Assembly (NCBI GenBank): GCA_963836755.1
Contig: CAWIKF010000002.1
Span: 128,001-192,000 of the forward strand
Direction: 5' to 3'
Length of the DNA stretch: 64,000 nucleotides
Source of the DNA: an uncultured Verrucomicrobiae bacterium
GTDB taxonomy: Bacteria > Verrucomicrobiota > Verrucomicrobiia > Chthoniobacterales > Chthoniobacteraceae
Shown: positions 9,170 to 18,480 of the stretch, piece by piece
Position numbering within the stretch: the stretch's first letter is position 1
Layout of the letters: every line of letters begins with the position of its first letter
The notes under the pieces: generated by a model
What the model was told of the DNA's origin: nothing
Seen by the model: the letters and a program-made list of their open reading frames with translations, nothing else
The model's database searches: none
Translations under genes and position numbers: made by a program

Positions 9170-10347
9170 CTCCACCTATCCCGAAAGTGCTGGTTATCAC
9201 GTGTGGAGCATGGTGGCTCCCATGGACGGCTAAAGCCTTTCACGCCAGAGACTCACTGGCTCAGCTATGGGTTACAGATCGCTGCAGAAATGGGCTTGCT
9301 GCTGACAAGGTTCGGCGCTGCTGGCCGTTCCAGATCGCAATGCAACCGTTCTTTCGCCTCGCGCCGCAGATCGTGATTGAGCGCGCGTTCTACGCGCTTT
9401 TTCCGATCTGGCGGCATTGGCTGAACTCGAAACTGGCCAGCCAGGTCGAGCCAGACGTGAACGTCATTCAAGCGATCATGGGATTTGCGACCGAGCCTTT
9501 CGATCATGCGGAAAAAATCGGCGCGCTGAAGGTGGTTGACTGTCCCAACAGTCATCCGACGAGCTACTACGGCTACTGGCAACGGGAATGCGATCTTTGG
9601 TGCCCCCGCGAAAAGGTGCCGATCCCGCAATGGATGTTCGCGCGAATGAACCGTGAGCTGGAGCGGGCGGACTTGATCCTTTGTCCTTCCACTTTTGTCC
9701 GCGATACGATGCTGGCCAATGGAATTCCAGAAGCAAAATGCCTGGTCAACCCGTTTGGCGTCGATACCTCCACCTTTAAGCCCCGGCAGAGCGTTCCTGA
9801 AACGCCGCGTTTCATTTCGGTGGGATCGATTTGTGTGCGCAAAGGGTATCAATATCTTTTTCGCGCCTTTGAGATCGTGAAGCACACTCTTCCATCCGCG
9901 GAGTTGATCTGCGTGGGCGGTTACAAGACAGACTTCCGGAAGGAGCGTCCGAAATGGGAAGGAACTTTCACGCATATACCTTCGCTGGATCATTCTGCAT
10001 TGAGCGACAAACTCGCCACGTGCAGTGCATTTGTCTTTCCGTCCTGCGAGGAAGGTTTTGCGAGGGTTCTTCCCGAAGCCATGGCCGCCGGCCTTCCAAT
10101 CCTAGCCAGTCATGAGAGCGGCGCGACCACCTTAGTGCAGGACGGCATGGAAGGATTCATCGTCCGCGCACGCGATCCGCAGAACATCGCCGATGCCATG
10201 ATCAAGGTGGCGACCGATCGGGAGATGAATCGGCGGATGGGAGAAGCTGCCTTCCTGAAAGGCGCCGCAAAAAACACCTGGCAGGATTATGGCGATCGGC
10301 TGCTTGCGGAATATGACCGGCGTCTCAACCTTGGTAAGGTGCTTTAG
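9166..10347 (+). CDS. Glycosyltransferase family 4
   Basis: NPFGVD, SVGSICVRKG, FPSCEEGFARVLPEAMAAGLP; ATGA overlap. Confidence 0.92.
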   Translation: MTPPIPKVLVITCGAWWLPWTAKAFHARDSLAQLWVTDRCRNGLAADKVRRCWPFQIAMQPFFRLAPQIVIERAFYALFPIWRHWLNSKLASQVEPDVNVIQAIMGFATEPFDHAEKIGALKVVDCPNSHPTSYYGYWQRECDLWCPREKVPIPQWMFARMNRELERADLILCPSTFVRDTMLANGIPEAKCLVNPFGVDTSTFKPRQSVPETPRFISVGSICVRKGYQYLFRAFEIVKHTLPSAELICVGGYKTDFRKERPKWEGTFTHIPSLDHSALSDKLATCSAFVFPSCEEGFARVLPEAMAAGLPILASHESGATTLVQDGMEGFIVRARDPQNIADAMIKVATDREMNRRMGEAAFLKGAAKNTWQDYGDRLLAEYDRRLNLGKVL

Positions 10348-10411
10348 CTCGGGGATGCACTGCAAATAAATATTGGTATTCCGTCATGCAGAACTGAGGA
10401 TAACCTGCTGC

Positions 10412-11224
10412 ATGAACCTGCGCGGTTTTCTATTCGGACGTCTGAAGGGCTTCATGATCCCTCGCGCACAACGGCGCATCCTCTCGCTCGGTCCGACCAA
10501 GGAGATTGTGCGGCAGGACTGGGAGGAGAGCCTGCGCGATCCGACCGCATTCTACGCGCGCTGCTATCGTTATTTTCACTACAACCTCCCGATCCCTTTC
10601 AAGGAGCATCGAAAATACTTCACCGCAGAAAACCGCGGCTTTGGAGAAGATGCTTTTCATGCGATGTGGTTCTTCCTCTTTCGTGAGTTCATGCCGCAAA
10701 GCTTTCTCGAGATTGGCGTGTATCGCGGACAGGTGCTGAGTCTTGCGGCGATGCTTCAGCGGGACTTGCAAATACCAAACCCAAAGCTTCTGGGGATTTC
10801 GCCATTTGCGCCAATCGGCGACAGCGTGAGCAAATATGGAGGCAAGGTGGACTATCTCGCGGACACTCTATCGAATTTCGAACACTTCGGCCTGACAAAG
10901 CCTCGTCTGCTAAAAGCCTACTCCACCGATCCGGAAGCGGTCGCTGCGATTGCGGCAGAGTCTTGGGATTGCATCTACATTGATGGTAATCACGACTATG
11001 CAGTTGCAAAGGCGGACTGGGAGAACTGCGCAAAGGCGGTGCGGCCGGGAGGCATCATCGTCCTTGATGACTCGGGGCTCACCACTGGCTACGCCCCGCC
11101 ACTCTTCGCCACGAAAGGACATCCAGGTCCATCCCGGGTCGCAGAGGAAATCGATGTCGATCAATTCCGTGAAATCCTCCAAGTGGGCCATAACCGTGTA
11201 TTTCAAAAAATCGGCGCAAAGTGA
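10412..11224 (+). CDS. Class I SAM-dependent methyltransferase (Methyltransf_24-like)
   Basis: FLEIGVYRG, CIYIDGNHDY, PGGIIVLDD. Confidence 0.85.
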   Translation: MNLRGFLFGRLKGFMIPRAQRRILSLGPTKEIVRQDWEESLRDPTAFYARCYRYFHYNLPIPFKEHRKYFTAENRGFGEDAFHAMWFFLFREFMPQSFLEIGVYRGQVLSLAAMLQRDLQIPNPKLLGISPFAPIGDSVSKYGGKVDYLADTLSNFEHFGLTKPRLLKAYSTDPEAVAAIAAESWDCIYIDGNHDYAVAKADWENCAKAVRPGGIIVLDDSGLTTGYAPPLFATKGHPGPSRVAEEIDVDQFREILQVGHNRVFQKIGAK

Positions 11225-12357
11225 GAGTGGCCCTGCTGACGACCGACAGTCGCGAGCACTACCGCGATTATCGGGCTCCCGTGCCTTCCTTCGGCGCTGC
11301 GCCGGAAGCGTTGCTGGAGGGCTTCGCGATGCTGGACGAGGTAGAAGTGCATGTCATTTCATGCGTGCGCCAACCTGTAAATAGTCCCGAACGACTAGCG
11401 CGGAATGTATTCTACCACTCCCTGCTCGTGCCAAAGATCGGATGGATGACGAGTGGCTATCAAGGCTGCATTCGGGCGGTGCGTCGAAAGCTGCGGGAGA
11501 TCAATCCGCACATTGTTCATGGACAAGGAACCGAGCGGGATTGCGCAATGGAAGCGGTCTTCTCCGGCTCTCCGAATGTGCTGACGATCCATGGAAACAT
11601 GGCGGAGCTTGGCCGGTTATTTAAGGCAAGGATCGGGAGTTTTCACTGGCTCGCGGCGAAGCTGGAGAACTTCGCGTTGTCGCGAACGGCCGGCGTCTTC
11701 TGCAATTCGGCTTACACAGAATCCCTAGTGAAGCCTCGCGCCAAGAAGGTCTGGCGCGTTGCAAACGCGGTGCGATCCATTTTTTTTCAATCTTCCAGAC
11801 CTTCTCAATCCTCCGAAGTGCCGGTGATCGTCAATGTGGGACTAATTTCTCCACGCAAGCGGCAGAATGAAATTCTCGATCTTGCTGCTGATCTATTTAG
11901 GGAAGGGACACGCCCTCAGTTTCACTTCATCGGTCATATTCCGGATGATGATTACGGCAGGGAGTTTCGGCAAAAGATCGAGGCAGGCGAGCGGACTGGA
12001 TATGCTCGCTATCTGGGCACTAAAAGCGCCGGCGAACTGGTGAAGGTGTTCGATGACTCTGCTGCCATGATTCATTTCCCCATCGAAGAATCATTCGGCC
12101 TCGTTGTCGCAGAAGCCCTGGCTAGGAACCTGAAGTTCTTCGGCTCAGCAGTGGGTGGCATTGTTGATATCTCTCAGGGCATTGAAATGGCGGAGCTACA
12201 TCCGGCAAATGACTTTTTGGCATTGGAGAAAGGCATTATGAAGTGGATGAAAGAAGGATGCTGCAAACCGACGGCAGCTGCGCCGGCGATGCGGGAGCGC
12301 TATCATCCCGGGGTGATTGCGGCAAGGCACTTGGAGATATACAGGTCACTCGTGTGA
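11221..12357 (+). CDS. Glycosyltransferase family 4
   Basis: VNVGLISPRKRQ, EESFGLVVAEALA. Confidence 0.92.
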   Translation: MRVALLTTDSREHYRDYRAPVPSFGAAPEALLEGFAMLDEVEVHVISCVRQPVNSPERLARNVFYHSLLVPKIGWMTSGYQGCIRAVRRKLREINPHIVHGQGTERDCAMEAVFSGSPNVLTIHGNMAELGRLFKARIGSFHWLAAKLENFALSRTAGVFCNSAYTESLVKPRAKKVWRVANAVRSIFFQSSRPSQSSEVPVIVNVGLISPRKRQNEILDLAADLFREGTRPQFHFIGHIPDDDYGREFRQKIEAGERTGYARYLGTKSAGELVKVFDDSAAMIHFPIEESFGLVVAEALARNLKFFGSAVGGIVDISQGIEMAELHPANDFLALEKGIMKWMKEGCCKPTAAAPAMRERYHPGVIAARHLEIYRSLV

Positions 12358-12400
12358 CGGAGACTCTGGTCCTTCCACCCAACCTTATCCCCACTTAAAA

Positions 12401-13246
12401 TTGAACCACTCCAGTAACACTTTTCGATCCAGACTTCTGGTAGCTTTCTATCGCTTCTGGCATGGCCGTCTGCACTTGAAAGGAGCTGGCGCTCTTCTTC
12501 GTTTCGCATCGCGCTTCTTCCCGGAACTTCGTCGTTATAGCTTGAAAATTCCTCAGCTCGGAAAATTGAGCGTGGACTTAAAGGACCCATCTGGGATGGC
12601 GTGGTTGAACCGATCATTGGGGGAAACTGGCGAGGAAGAGGGAATGCTGATCGCGATCAAACGACTGTCGCCGAAGAATCCGGTGGTATGGGACATTGGC
12701 GCGAACGGCGGAGTCTTTGCGGCTACTTTAGCCGAACATTTAAAGAACTTTGCCGAAATCCATCTGTTCGAGCCGAATCCTGCGCTGATTCCAACTCTCA
12801 AGCAACTGTCACAGTGCATTCCCAAAATGCACGTGCATCATCTGGCGTTATCGGATTCGACTGGGATGTTGACGTTGCACATCCCATTGGATTCAAGCAT
12901 GACAGCTTCTTTGAGGGCAGTGAAAGGTTCGAGGCCGGTCGAGGTCGAATGCACCACCGGCGATCTGTTCCTGGCGGCTCAGTCATTGCCAGCGCCCGAT
13001 GTCGTGGTAATCGACACGGAAGGGAACGACTGCCACGTGATTCGCGGGTTGCAGGAACTGGTCGCGCAAAAACGGCCGGTTATTTTCTTCGAACATATCT
13101 TCGTGGGCGAAGAGAGCATTCGCGCAGTCGTTCCAAATAACTACGCTCACTATACGGTGGATGACGGAACCGGGGAACTGATGGAAGGCTTACATCCGAC
13201 TCGCGGACATAACTCAGTGCTTGTGCCTCGAGAAGCGCACAAATGA
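12401..13246 (+). CDS. FkbM-family methyltransferase (start uncertain; ORF is open from 12317)
   Basis: WDIGANGG, FEPNP, ALSD, VVIDTEG. Confidence 0.85.
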   Translation: MNHSSNTFRSRLLVAFYRFWHGRLHLKGAGALLRFASRFFPELRRYSLKIPQLGKLSVDLKDPSGMAWLNRSLGETGEEEGMLIAIKRLSPKNPVVWDIGANGGVFAATLAEHLKNFAEIHLFEPNPALIPTLKQLSQCIPKMHVHHLALSDSTGMLTLHIPLDSSMTASLRAVKGSRPVEVECTTGDLFLAAQSLPAPDVVVIDTEGNDCHVIRGLQELVAQKRPVIFFEHIFVGEESIRAVVPNNYAHYTVDDGTGELMEGLHPTRGHNSVLVPREAHK

Positions 13247-13247
13247 T

Positions 13248-14249
13248 CTAAGGCGCCGAGAGAGAAGTGTAGATGGCTGCGATGCTCTGAGCGATCTGTG
13301 ACCAGCTCTTTGGCTTGTCAGGCGTCGGAAGTGTCGGCGCCTTTTCATAAAACTCCCGAAGGATGGTAGCGCCGCGATCTAGCTTGGTGTCCAAAGGGAA
13401 GTAGACCGCCTTTTGTCCGAATACAGTTCGCGCCCATGGCAGATCGCTCAAGAGCAACGGGCAACCGCAGGCGGCGGCTTCCAGTGCAGAAAGACTAAGA
13501 CTTTCCATCGTGCTGAGGAGGATGAAGCCTCGCGACTCCCGAAGAATTTTAGCGAGAACCCGCCGGTCGGAGACAGCGCCTTCACAACGAAGAAGTTGCG
13601 GATGGTTCGCGACTAGACTTTGCAAGCGCCGTGCGTATTCATTTTCTTCATACGCCTTCCCGATGATCCAGAGCGGAGTCTTCGCAGCAACCGCGAGTTC
13701 GGCAGTTTCAAGGACACGTTTGCGTTCAGTAATCGTCGCGGTGCACACCAGCCACTCTTTCCGCGGAACTGCGGGCGCATCTAGAAATTCCCGCTCTACT
13801 CCATTCGGCACGACATAAGTCCGCGCCGCAGCCACGCCAAACATCTCTCGCATCAAGTAAGCCTCCCATTCGGTGAGAGCTATGAACGCGTCTGCCATCC
13901 GATAGGAATCCCATGCCATTCGCTCGATGAATGACTTGGGTAAAAGGCGCTTGGATGCTGAAGTAATCAACCTTTGCAAGCGGCGCTGCGTTGCCGGCCG
14001 AGAACCTACAGCAGTCAGCAATTCAGCCATCACGACCTTTACTCCTTTACCATGAGCAAAACGGATATAGGAGGGCGAAGCGCGTCCGAAGTAGTGGATG
14101 ATTTCCCCGCGTTGCCCGGCATCCCACCAGCGCAGCCATTCCACCTCTACGCCGATCTCTTCCAGCGCATTTTTAGTCTGCTCGATCTGGATTTGAAAAC
14201 CGCCATGCGCGAGAAAGAATGGATTGGGGTGGTCGAAGAGCACCTTCAT
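13248..14249 (-). CDS. Glycosyltransferase family 4
   Basis: HGGFQIQI, VVPNGV, ESLSLSALEAAACGCP. Confidence 0.9.
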   Translation of the reverse strand: MKVLFDHPNPFFLAHGGFQIQIEQTKNALEEIGVEVEWLRWWDAGQRGEIIHYFGRASPSYIRFAHGKGVKVVMAELLTAVGSRPATQRRLQRLITSASKRLLPKSFIERMAWDSYRMADAFIALTEWEAYLMREMFGVAAARTYVVPNGVEREFLDAPAVPRKEWLVCTATITERKRVLETAELAVAAKTPLWIIGKAYEENEYARRLQSLVANHPQLLRCEGAVSDRRVLAKILRESRGFILLSTMESLSLSALEAAACGCPLLLSDLPWARTVFGQKAVYFPLDTKLDRGATILREFYEKAPTLPTPDKPKSWSQIAQSIAAIYTSLSAP

Positions 14250-14329
14250 TTGGATTTATCCAATCAAGTTATCAAAGTCCGGGAAGCCTAAATATAACGC
14301 GGCAGCGTTCCCCGTTTTCAGAAAAGCTT

Positions 14330-15493
14330 TCATGTAAAAAAATCGCGCACGGTGCTTTTCAATAATTCAATATCCGCGGAAGGGCGATACTCATCGTCAG
14401 CAGGAAAGATAATATATCGATGCTTTATCTCGCGCGCGGCGCAGATCACTTCGTAGCAGGCGTTTAAAAAGTTGTCGGCAAAGAGTTCGAGCACGCGGCA
14501 ATCCGACGGTGCGAACAGAAGGTTTGTCAGCGCAGCGCCGTGATCGGCGCAGATCGCTTCGGCCTGCGAAAACAATGTGACCTGTTCGGTAAAGGTCAGC
14601 TTTTCCGGTCGAATAATTTCCCATCCGATCGATCCAAAGAAGTCGCAGATCGCTTCGCTGTTTATTGGCATCCGTGTGCCCGTTCGCGGAATATAGAATC
14701 GTCGCCGAGGCGCACCCGATGATGACGGGAATTTTTTCAGCACCATCGTTCTCACGGCATTCACCGCATATGGATTCATTGCTCCGGTCATCCCAGTGGG
14801 CGCGGAAAAAAAATAGTTCTCGAGAATCAAATGAGTTTCGGGTGTCGGTCGTATGCGATCTTGCAATCCTAGCAGAGCCAGACTTTCCCTCTGATAAGAT
14901 TCCAGCTGGGCCGGAACAAGGATGCGAGTTTCTGCGGGAAACTCCTCAAGAATGGCGAGGCGTGGAAGGGCATCCAACAGCCAATGGTAATAACCCTTGC
15001 CGAAAGGTATTACGAGGCTGGTCCATGTTCCATCGAGATATGTAGGAGCAGGCCGCCGCCAGGATCTGTATGCAGGATCTTCGTAATATGTTGGGCGGAA
15101 TAATGACTCCAGTGCGAGTCGCACTTGATTATTCATCAACGCCAGCGTCGGTCCAACGAGATGAATGCCGCTAAGCTGACCCCAGAAGATCGGCCACGGC
15201 TGATAATCATCCTGCTTCATTCCACAACGTCGCACCATTGAATCTTCGGGAAACTTCGGAAGTCGCTGACAGTCACATACAATTCGACCATGGATAGCAC
15301 CTTCTCGAACCAGCGAATCGAGAGAAAAAATTCCGCGAGGTAGGCCAAGAGGGATTGTGCCGGGGAATAAAGCTCGTGCGATGGTATATCCGAGATGGGT
15401 GAATTTCCGCACCATCAGGCGCAAGACCCCTCTGAGCCATGGCTTACTCCGCAAAAAACGGCGCACCTTCCGCGATGGAAGTGCTCGTTTCAA
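14330..15493 (-). CDS. Glycosyltransferase family 61 (DUF563)
   Basis: GYYHWLLDALPRL, LTFTEQVTLFSQAEAICADHGAALTNLLF. Confidence 0.88.
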   Translation of the reverse strand: MKRALPSRKVRRFLRSKPWLRGVLRLMVRKFTHLGYTIARALFPGTIPLGLPRGIFSLDSLVREGAIHGRIVCDCQRLPKFPEDSMVRRCGMKQDDYQPWPIFWGQLSGIHLVGPTLALMNNQVRLALESLFRPTYYEDPAYRSWRRPAPTYLDGTWTSLVIPFGKGYYHWLLDALPRLAILEEFPAETRILVPAQLESYQRESLALLGLQDRIRPTPETHLILENYFFSAPTGMTGAMNPYAVNAVRTMVLKKFPSSSGAPRRRFYIPRTGTRMPINSEAICDFFGSIGWEIIRPEKLTFTEQVTLFSQAEAICADHGAALTNLLFAPSDCRVLELFADNFLNACYEVICAAREIKHRYIIFPADDEYRPSADIELLKSTVRDFFT

Positions 15494-15607
15494 GGGGAAG
15501 AGCAGATTGTTTTACTAAGAATATGTCGAGTTGGATAGACAGGTGATACTTTCATTCCTTAGTTTCTTTCTCTGGCTTAGTCTGCGAGACTTCAAAAGTC
15601 GCGCAAA

Positions 15608-16876
15608 ATGAAATCAGCGGAAACTATTCCTGACTGCCCGATCGGTGCCACCAACTCGCCCATGCCGGCCGGAGCCCGAATTCTTGCGTGCGTTCCCATG
15701 CCTTACTCCGAAACCGGCGGCTTTTGGTTTCGCGATCTCGGCCTGATTACTCTCACACTTCGGGAGATGGGATATGATGCGTCGCTCGTCACGCTCAAAA
15801 GAGAAGAAGATGAAAAAACAACGTCCCCAGTGATTGGAGCGAGCATGAGCGAGCTCAACTCAGCAGCATGGTGGCGATCGCTCAAACCCGATGGGATCAT
15901 CCTCAGCACGTGGTCTGCCCCTCGTTATGATGCGTTGCGTCGAGCAGCTGTGAGTAGCACAAACCGCGTCCTGGAAAAACTGGACACGGATGGCCATCGG
16001 TCTGCTCTCATTGGCGGGTGGGATTACTTTCTCGGATTCCTGAGCCACTATCGCGAATCCGATAGGTCTCGAGCCGAGAACTTACTCAGTCCTTTTCTTG
16101 CATCGGCACGGACGATCGCCTTGCGCTGGTTTCCATTTCTTCTGGAGCGCCCGATGGTTGAAACCATGGCCCTAATACCGGTTCTCACCGCGGAATCTCC
16201 GATTGCAGCGGTTCGAATGGAGCGGTTTTTGAAGTTATTCCTTCGTAATCCACCTCCAGTGCACTGCGTGTTACATCCAGTCAATGACCTCCGCATGCAG
16301 CCAGAGGTAGGGCGGAAACGAGACAACAAAGTAGTCTCTGTGGGCGGGTGGCATCGCTATCAAAAGGACTTTCCATTGCTTCTGAAGAGCTTGATTCTAT
16401 TTCTCGAATCTCAACCTTCCTGGCGCGCCGAAATTATTGGGCATCTCCCAGATGGCTTTAGCCTGCATGAAGTCGAGGCGAAGCAGGAGGTCAAATCGAG
16501 GTTGAATTTTTTGGGGCCTCTTTCAAATGAAGCTGTTGCCGAAAGAAATCAAACTTCAAAAATTTTCTTCGTCAGTTCCAGGCATGAGAGCTTTCACATC
16601 GCTGCCGCGGAAGCTCTTTGTTGTGGCTGCAGCGTTGTCGCTCCGTCCAGTATTGCCAGCATGATTTTTTTCGTCAGCGGAAACTCCGGCACACTGAGCC
16701 ACCGGAGGAGCCCATTGGATTTCGCAGACGCCTTGAATGCAGAGGTGATCGCGTGGGGCGAAGGTTGGAGGCAACCCGAAGAAATTTCCAAGACCTGGCG
16801 CAGTAGAGTAGGAGCTCATAACGTAGCGCAAAGGCTGCTGGACCTTTTGAATGCGTTTCCGCCGCGTGCAAAATGA
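15608..16876 (+). CDS. Glycosyltransferase family 4
   Basis: SVGGWHRYQKD, SSRHESFHIAAAEALCCGC. Confidence 0.88.
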   Translation: MKSAETIPDCPIGATNSPMPAGARILACVPMPYSETGGFWFRDLGLITLTLREMGYDASLVTLKREEDEKTTSPVIGASMSELNSAAWWRSLKPDGIILSTWSAPRYDALRRAAVSSTNRVLEKLDTDGHRSALIGGWDYFLGFLSHYRESDRSRAENLLSPFLASARTIALRWFPFLLERPMVETMALIPVLTAESPIAAVRMERFLKLFLRNPPPVHCVLHPVNDLRMQPEVGRKRDNKVVSVGGWHRYQKDFPLLLKSLILFLESQPSWRAEIIGHLPDGFSLHEVEAKQEVKSRLNFLGPLSNEAVAERNQTSKIFFVSSRHESFHIAAAEALCCGCSVVAPSSIASMIFFVSGNSGTLSHRRSPLDFADALNAEVIAWGEGWRQPEEISKTWRSRVGAHNVAQRLLDLLNAFPPRAK

Positions 16877-17724
16877 AATCCGAGGAAACCATTCCTGACT
16901 TTTCGATTATTACTCCGAGCTTTAATCAGCTCGAATGGTTGCGGCTTTGCAGGGCTTCGGTCGCGGATCAGACGGAAGTCGAGGCGGAACATATCGTCCA
17001 GGATGCCGGGACTGGTGTGGCCTTGGAAAACTGGGCTGCGACTCAAAATGGACTGCGGCTTTTTGTCGAGAAGGATGCCGGAATGTATGACGCCATCAAT
17101 CGTGGGTTGCGCCGGGCAAAAGGGACGTTCTGTGCATATCTAAATTGTGACGAGCAATATCTCCCAGCAGCTCTCGAGAAGGTAAAGGTTGCGTTTGCAC
17201 AAAGACCTGAGGTGGATGTCCTTTTTGGCGATGCTCTTCTTATCGATGACTCTGGCAGAGCGCTCTCCTATCGACGCACTGTAAATCCTTTCGCGCTGCA
17301 CACCCGGCTGGTTCATTTAAACACGCTAAGCTGTGCAATGTTTTTCCGGCGCCGCCTTTTGGACGAAGGCTTTTTGTTCCCGGACGAATACAAGATGATT
17401 GGGGACGCGGTCTTTATCTGGAATCTTTTGAAAGCGGGTAAAAGAACGGCCGTGCTGCATGAACCTCTCGCGGCGTTTACCTTTACGGGAGCAAATCTAG
17501 GGCAGACTGAAAAGGCTAGCAAAGAAGCGGCGGGATGGCGGGGAAGAGCTGATGCGCCATTGCCGCTTTTGAAATGGCCCGCGATCGTCGCTCATCGGCT
17601 GCAGAAGTGGATGGCGGGAGCTTATGAGCGCCGGACCCTGAGCTATTCCATCTACACGCGCGATTCGATCGACAAAAGGAAGCAGTTCACGGCCGAAAGC
17701 TTGGGCTGGGATTGGCCTCGGTAG
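16873..17724 (+). CDS. Glycosyltransferase family 2
   Basis: FSIITPSFNQ, DAGMYDAINRG, YLNCDEQY. Confidence 0.92.
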   Translation: MKSEETIPDFSIITPSFNQLEWLRLCRASVADQTEVEAEHIVQDAGTGVALENWAATQNGLRLFVEKDAGMYDAINRGLRRAKGTFCAYLNCDEQYLPAALEKVKVAFAQRPEVDVLFGDALLIDDSGRALSYRRTVNPFALHTRLVHLNTLSCAMFFRRRLLDEGFLFPDEYKMIGDAVFIWNLLKAGKRTAVLHEPLAAFTFTGANLGQTEKASKEAAGWRGRADAPLPLLKWPAIVAHRLQKWMAGAYERRTLSYSIYTRDSIDKRKQFTAESLGWDWPR

Positions 17725-17730
17725 CACCAG

Positions 17731-18453
17731 CTATGGCTCCGGCGCCTCCGACTGCGCCGAAGGTTTGATGACGGTGATCAAGCAGCGACCTTGAGTCAGG
17801 TTGATTGGCATCAATATTCCGGCGTAGGCGTCCTCCGGACGGTTTATCATTTTGAGCCGGATGATCGATTCCTCGCTCCCCTTGCCGTCCAGCATCGTGA
17901 GATATTTCTGAACGGCGGTGCCTTGGTCCGAGACGTTCATAAAAAGGGCGAAGTAGGATTGCGCCGCGGCGGCTTCGTTGGATATTCCCATCCACTCGGA
18001 AGCTTCTTTGCTGATGAAGAGGATCACTCCATTCCTATCAGACACTACCACGGGAATGGGGATCCGTTTAAGAAAGAGAAGTAACTGTTCATGGTTGCCA
18101 GCGGCCCTTGCCCGAGTCATGCAAAGCACGAAGGCAATCCCTCCGCCCACGAGAGCACCTATGGAGCGCGTGTTAAAGTTTAAAGTCGTGTTGATCAGGC
18201 CGGGCTGCGAGAAGTTGAGATGGTAAAGCATCCAAACGGAAACCGAGGTGTAGACGAGCGCCCAAAAGGCCATGTAGATCGGACTAAGATACATGGCGAG
18301 AAGTCCCATCATCAGAAAATTCAAAGTAGGCGTGGTGACTGCGCCGGTGATGGAGTAGTGATCCGCGATAACGATCATTACCAGCGCGGTCGCTGGGAAG
18401 ACGAAATCGCTAATTGGATGGGATCTGGCGTCGTCGGGGGCAAATATGTTCAT
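17731..18453 (-). CDS. Membrane protein with C-terminal PAS-like domain, no output domain
   Basis: About 4 TM helices, then IPIPVVVSDRNGVILFISKEASEWMG (PAS N-terminal pattern). Confidence 0.65.
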   Translation of the reverse strand: MNIFAPDDARSHPISDFVFPATALVMIVIADHYSITGAVTTPTLNFLMMGLLAMYLSPIYMAFWALVYTSVSVWMLYHLNFSQPGLINTTLNFNTRSIGALVGGGIAFVLCMTRARAAGNHEQLLLFLKRIPIPVVVSDRNGVILFISKEASEWMGISNEAAAAQSYFALFMNVSDQGTAVQKYLTMLDGKGSEESIIRLKMINRPEDAYAGILMPINLTQGRCLITVIKPSAQSEAPEP

Positions 18454-18480
18454 TGGGCTAGTTCTTCAAGCGCTGATACC

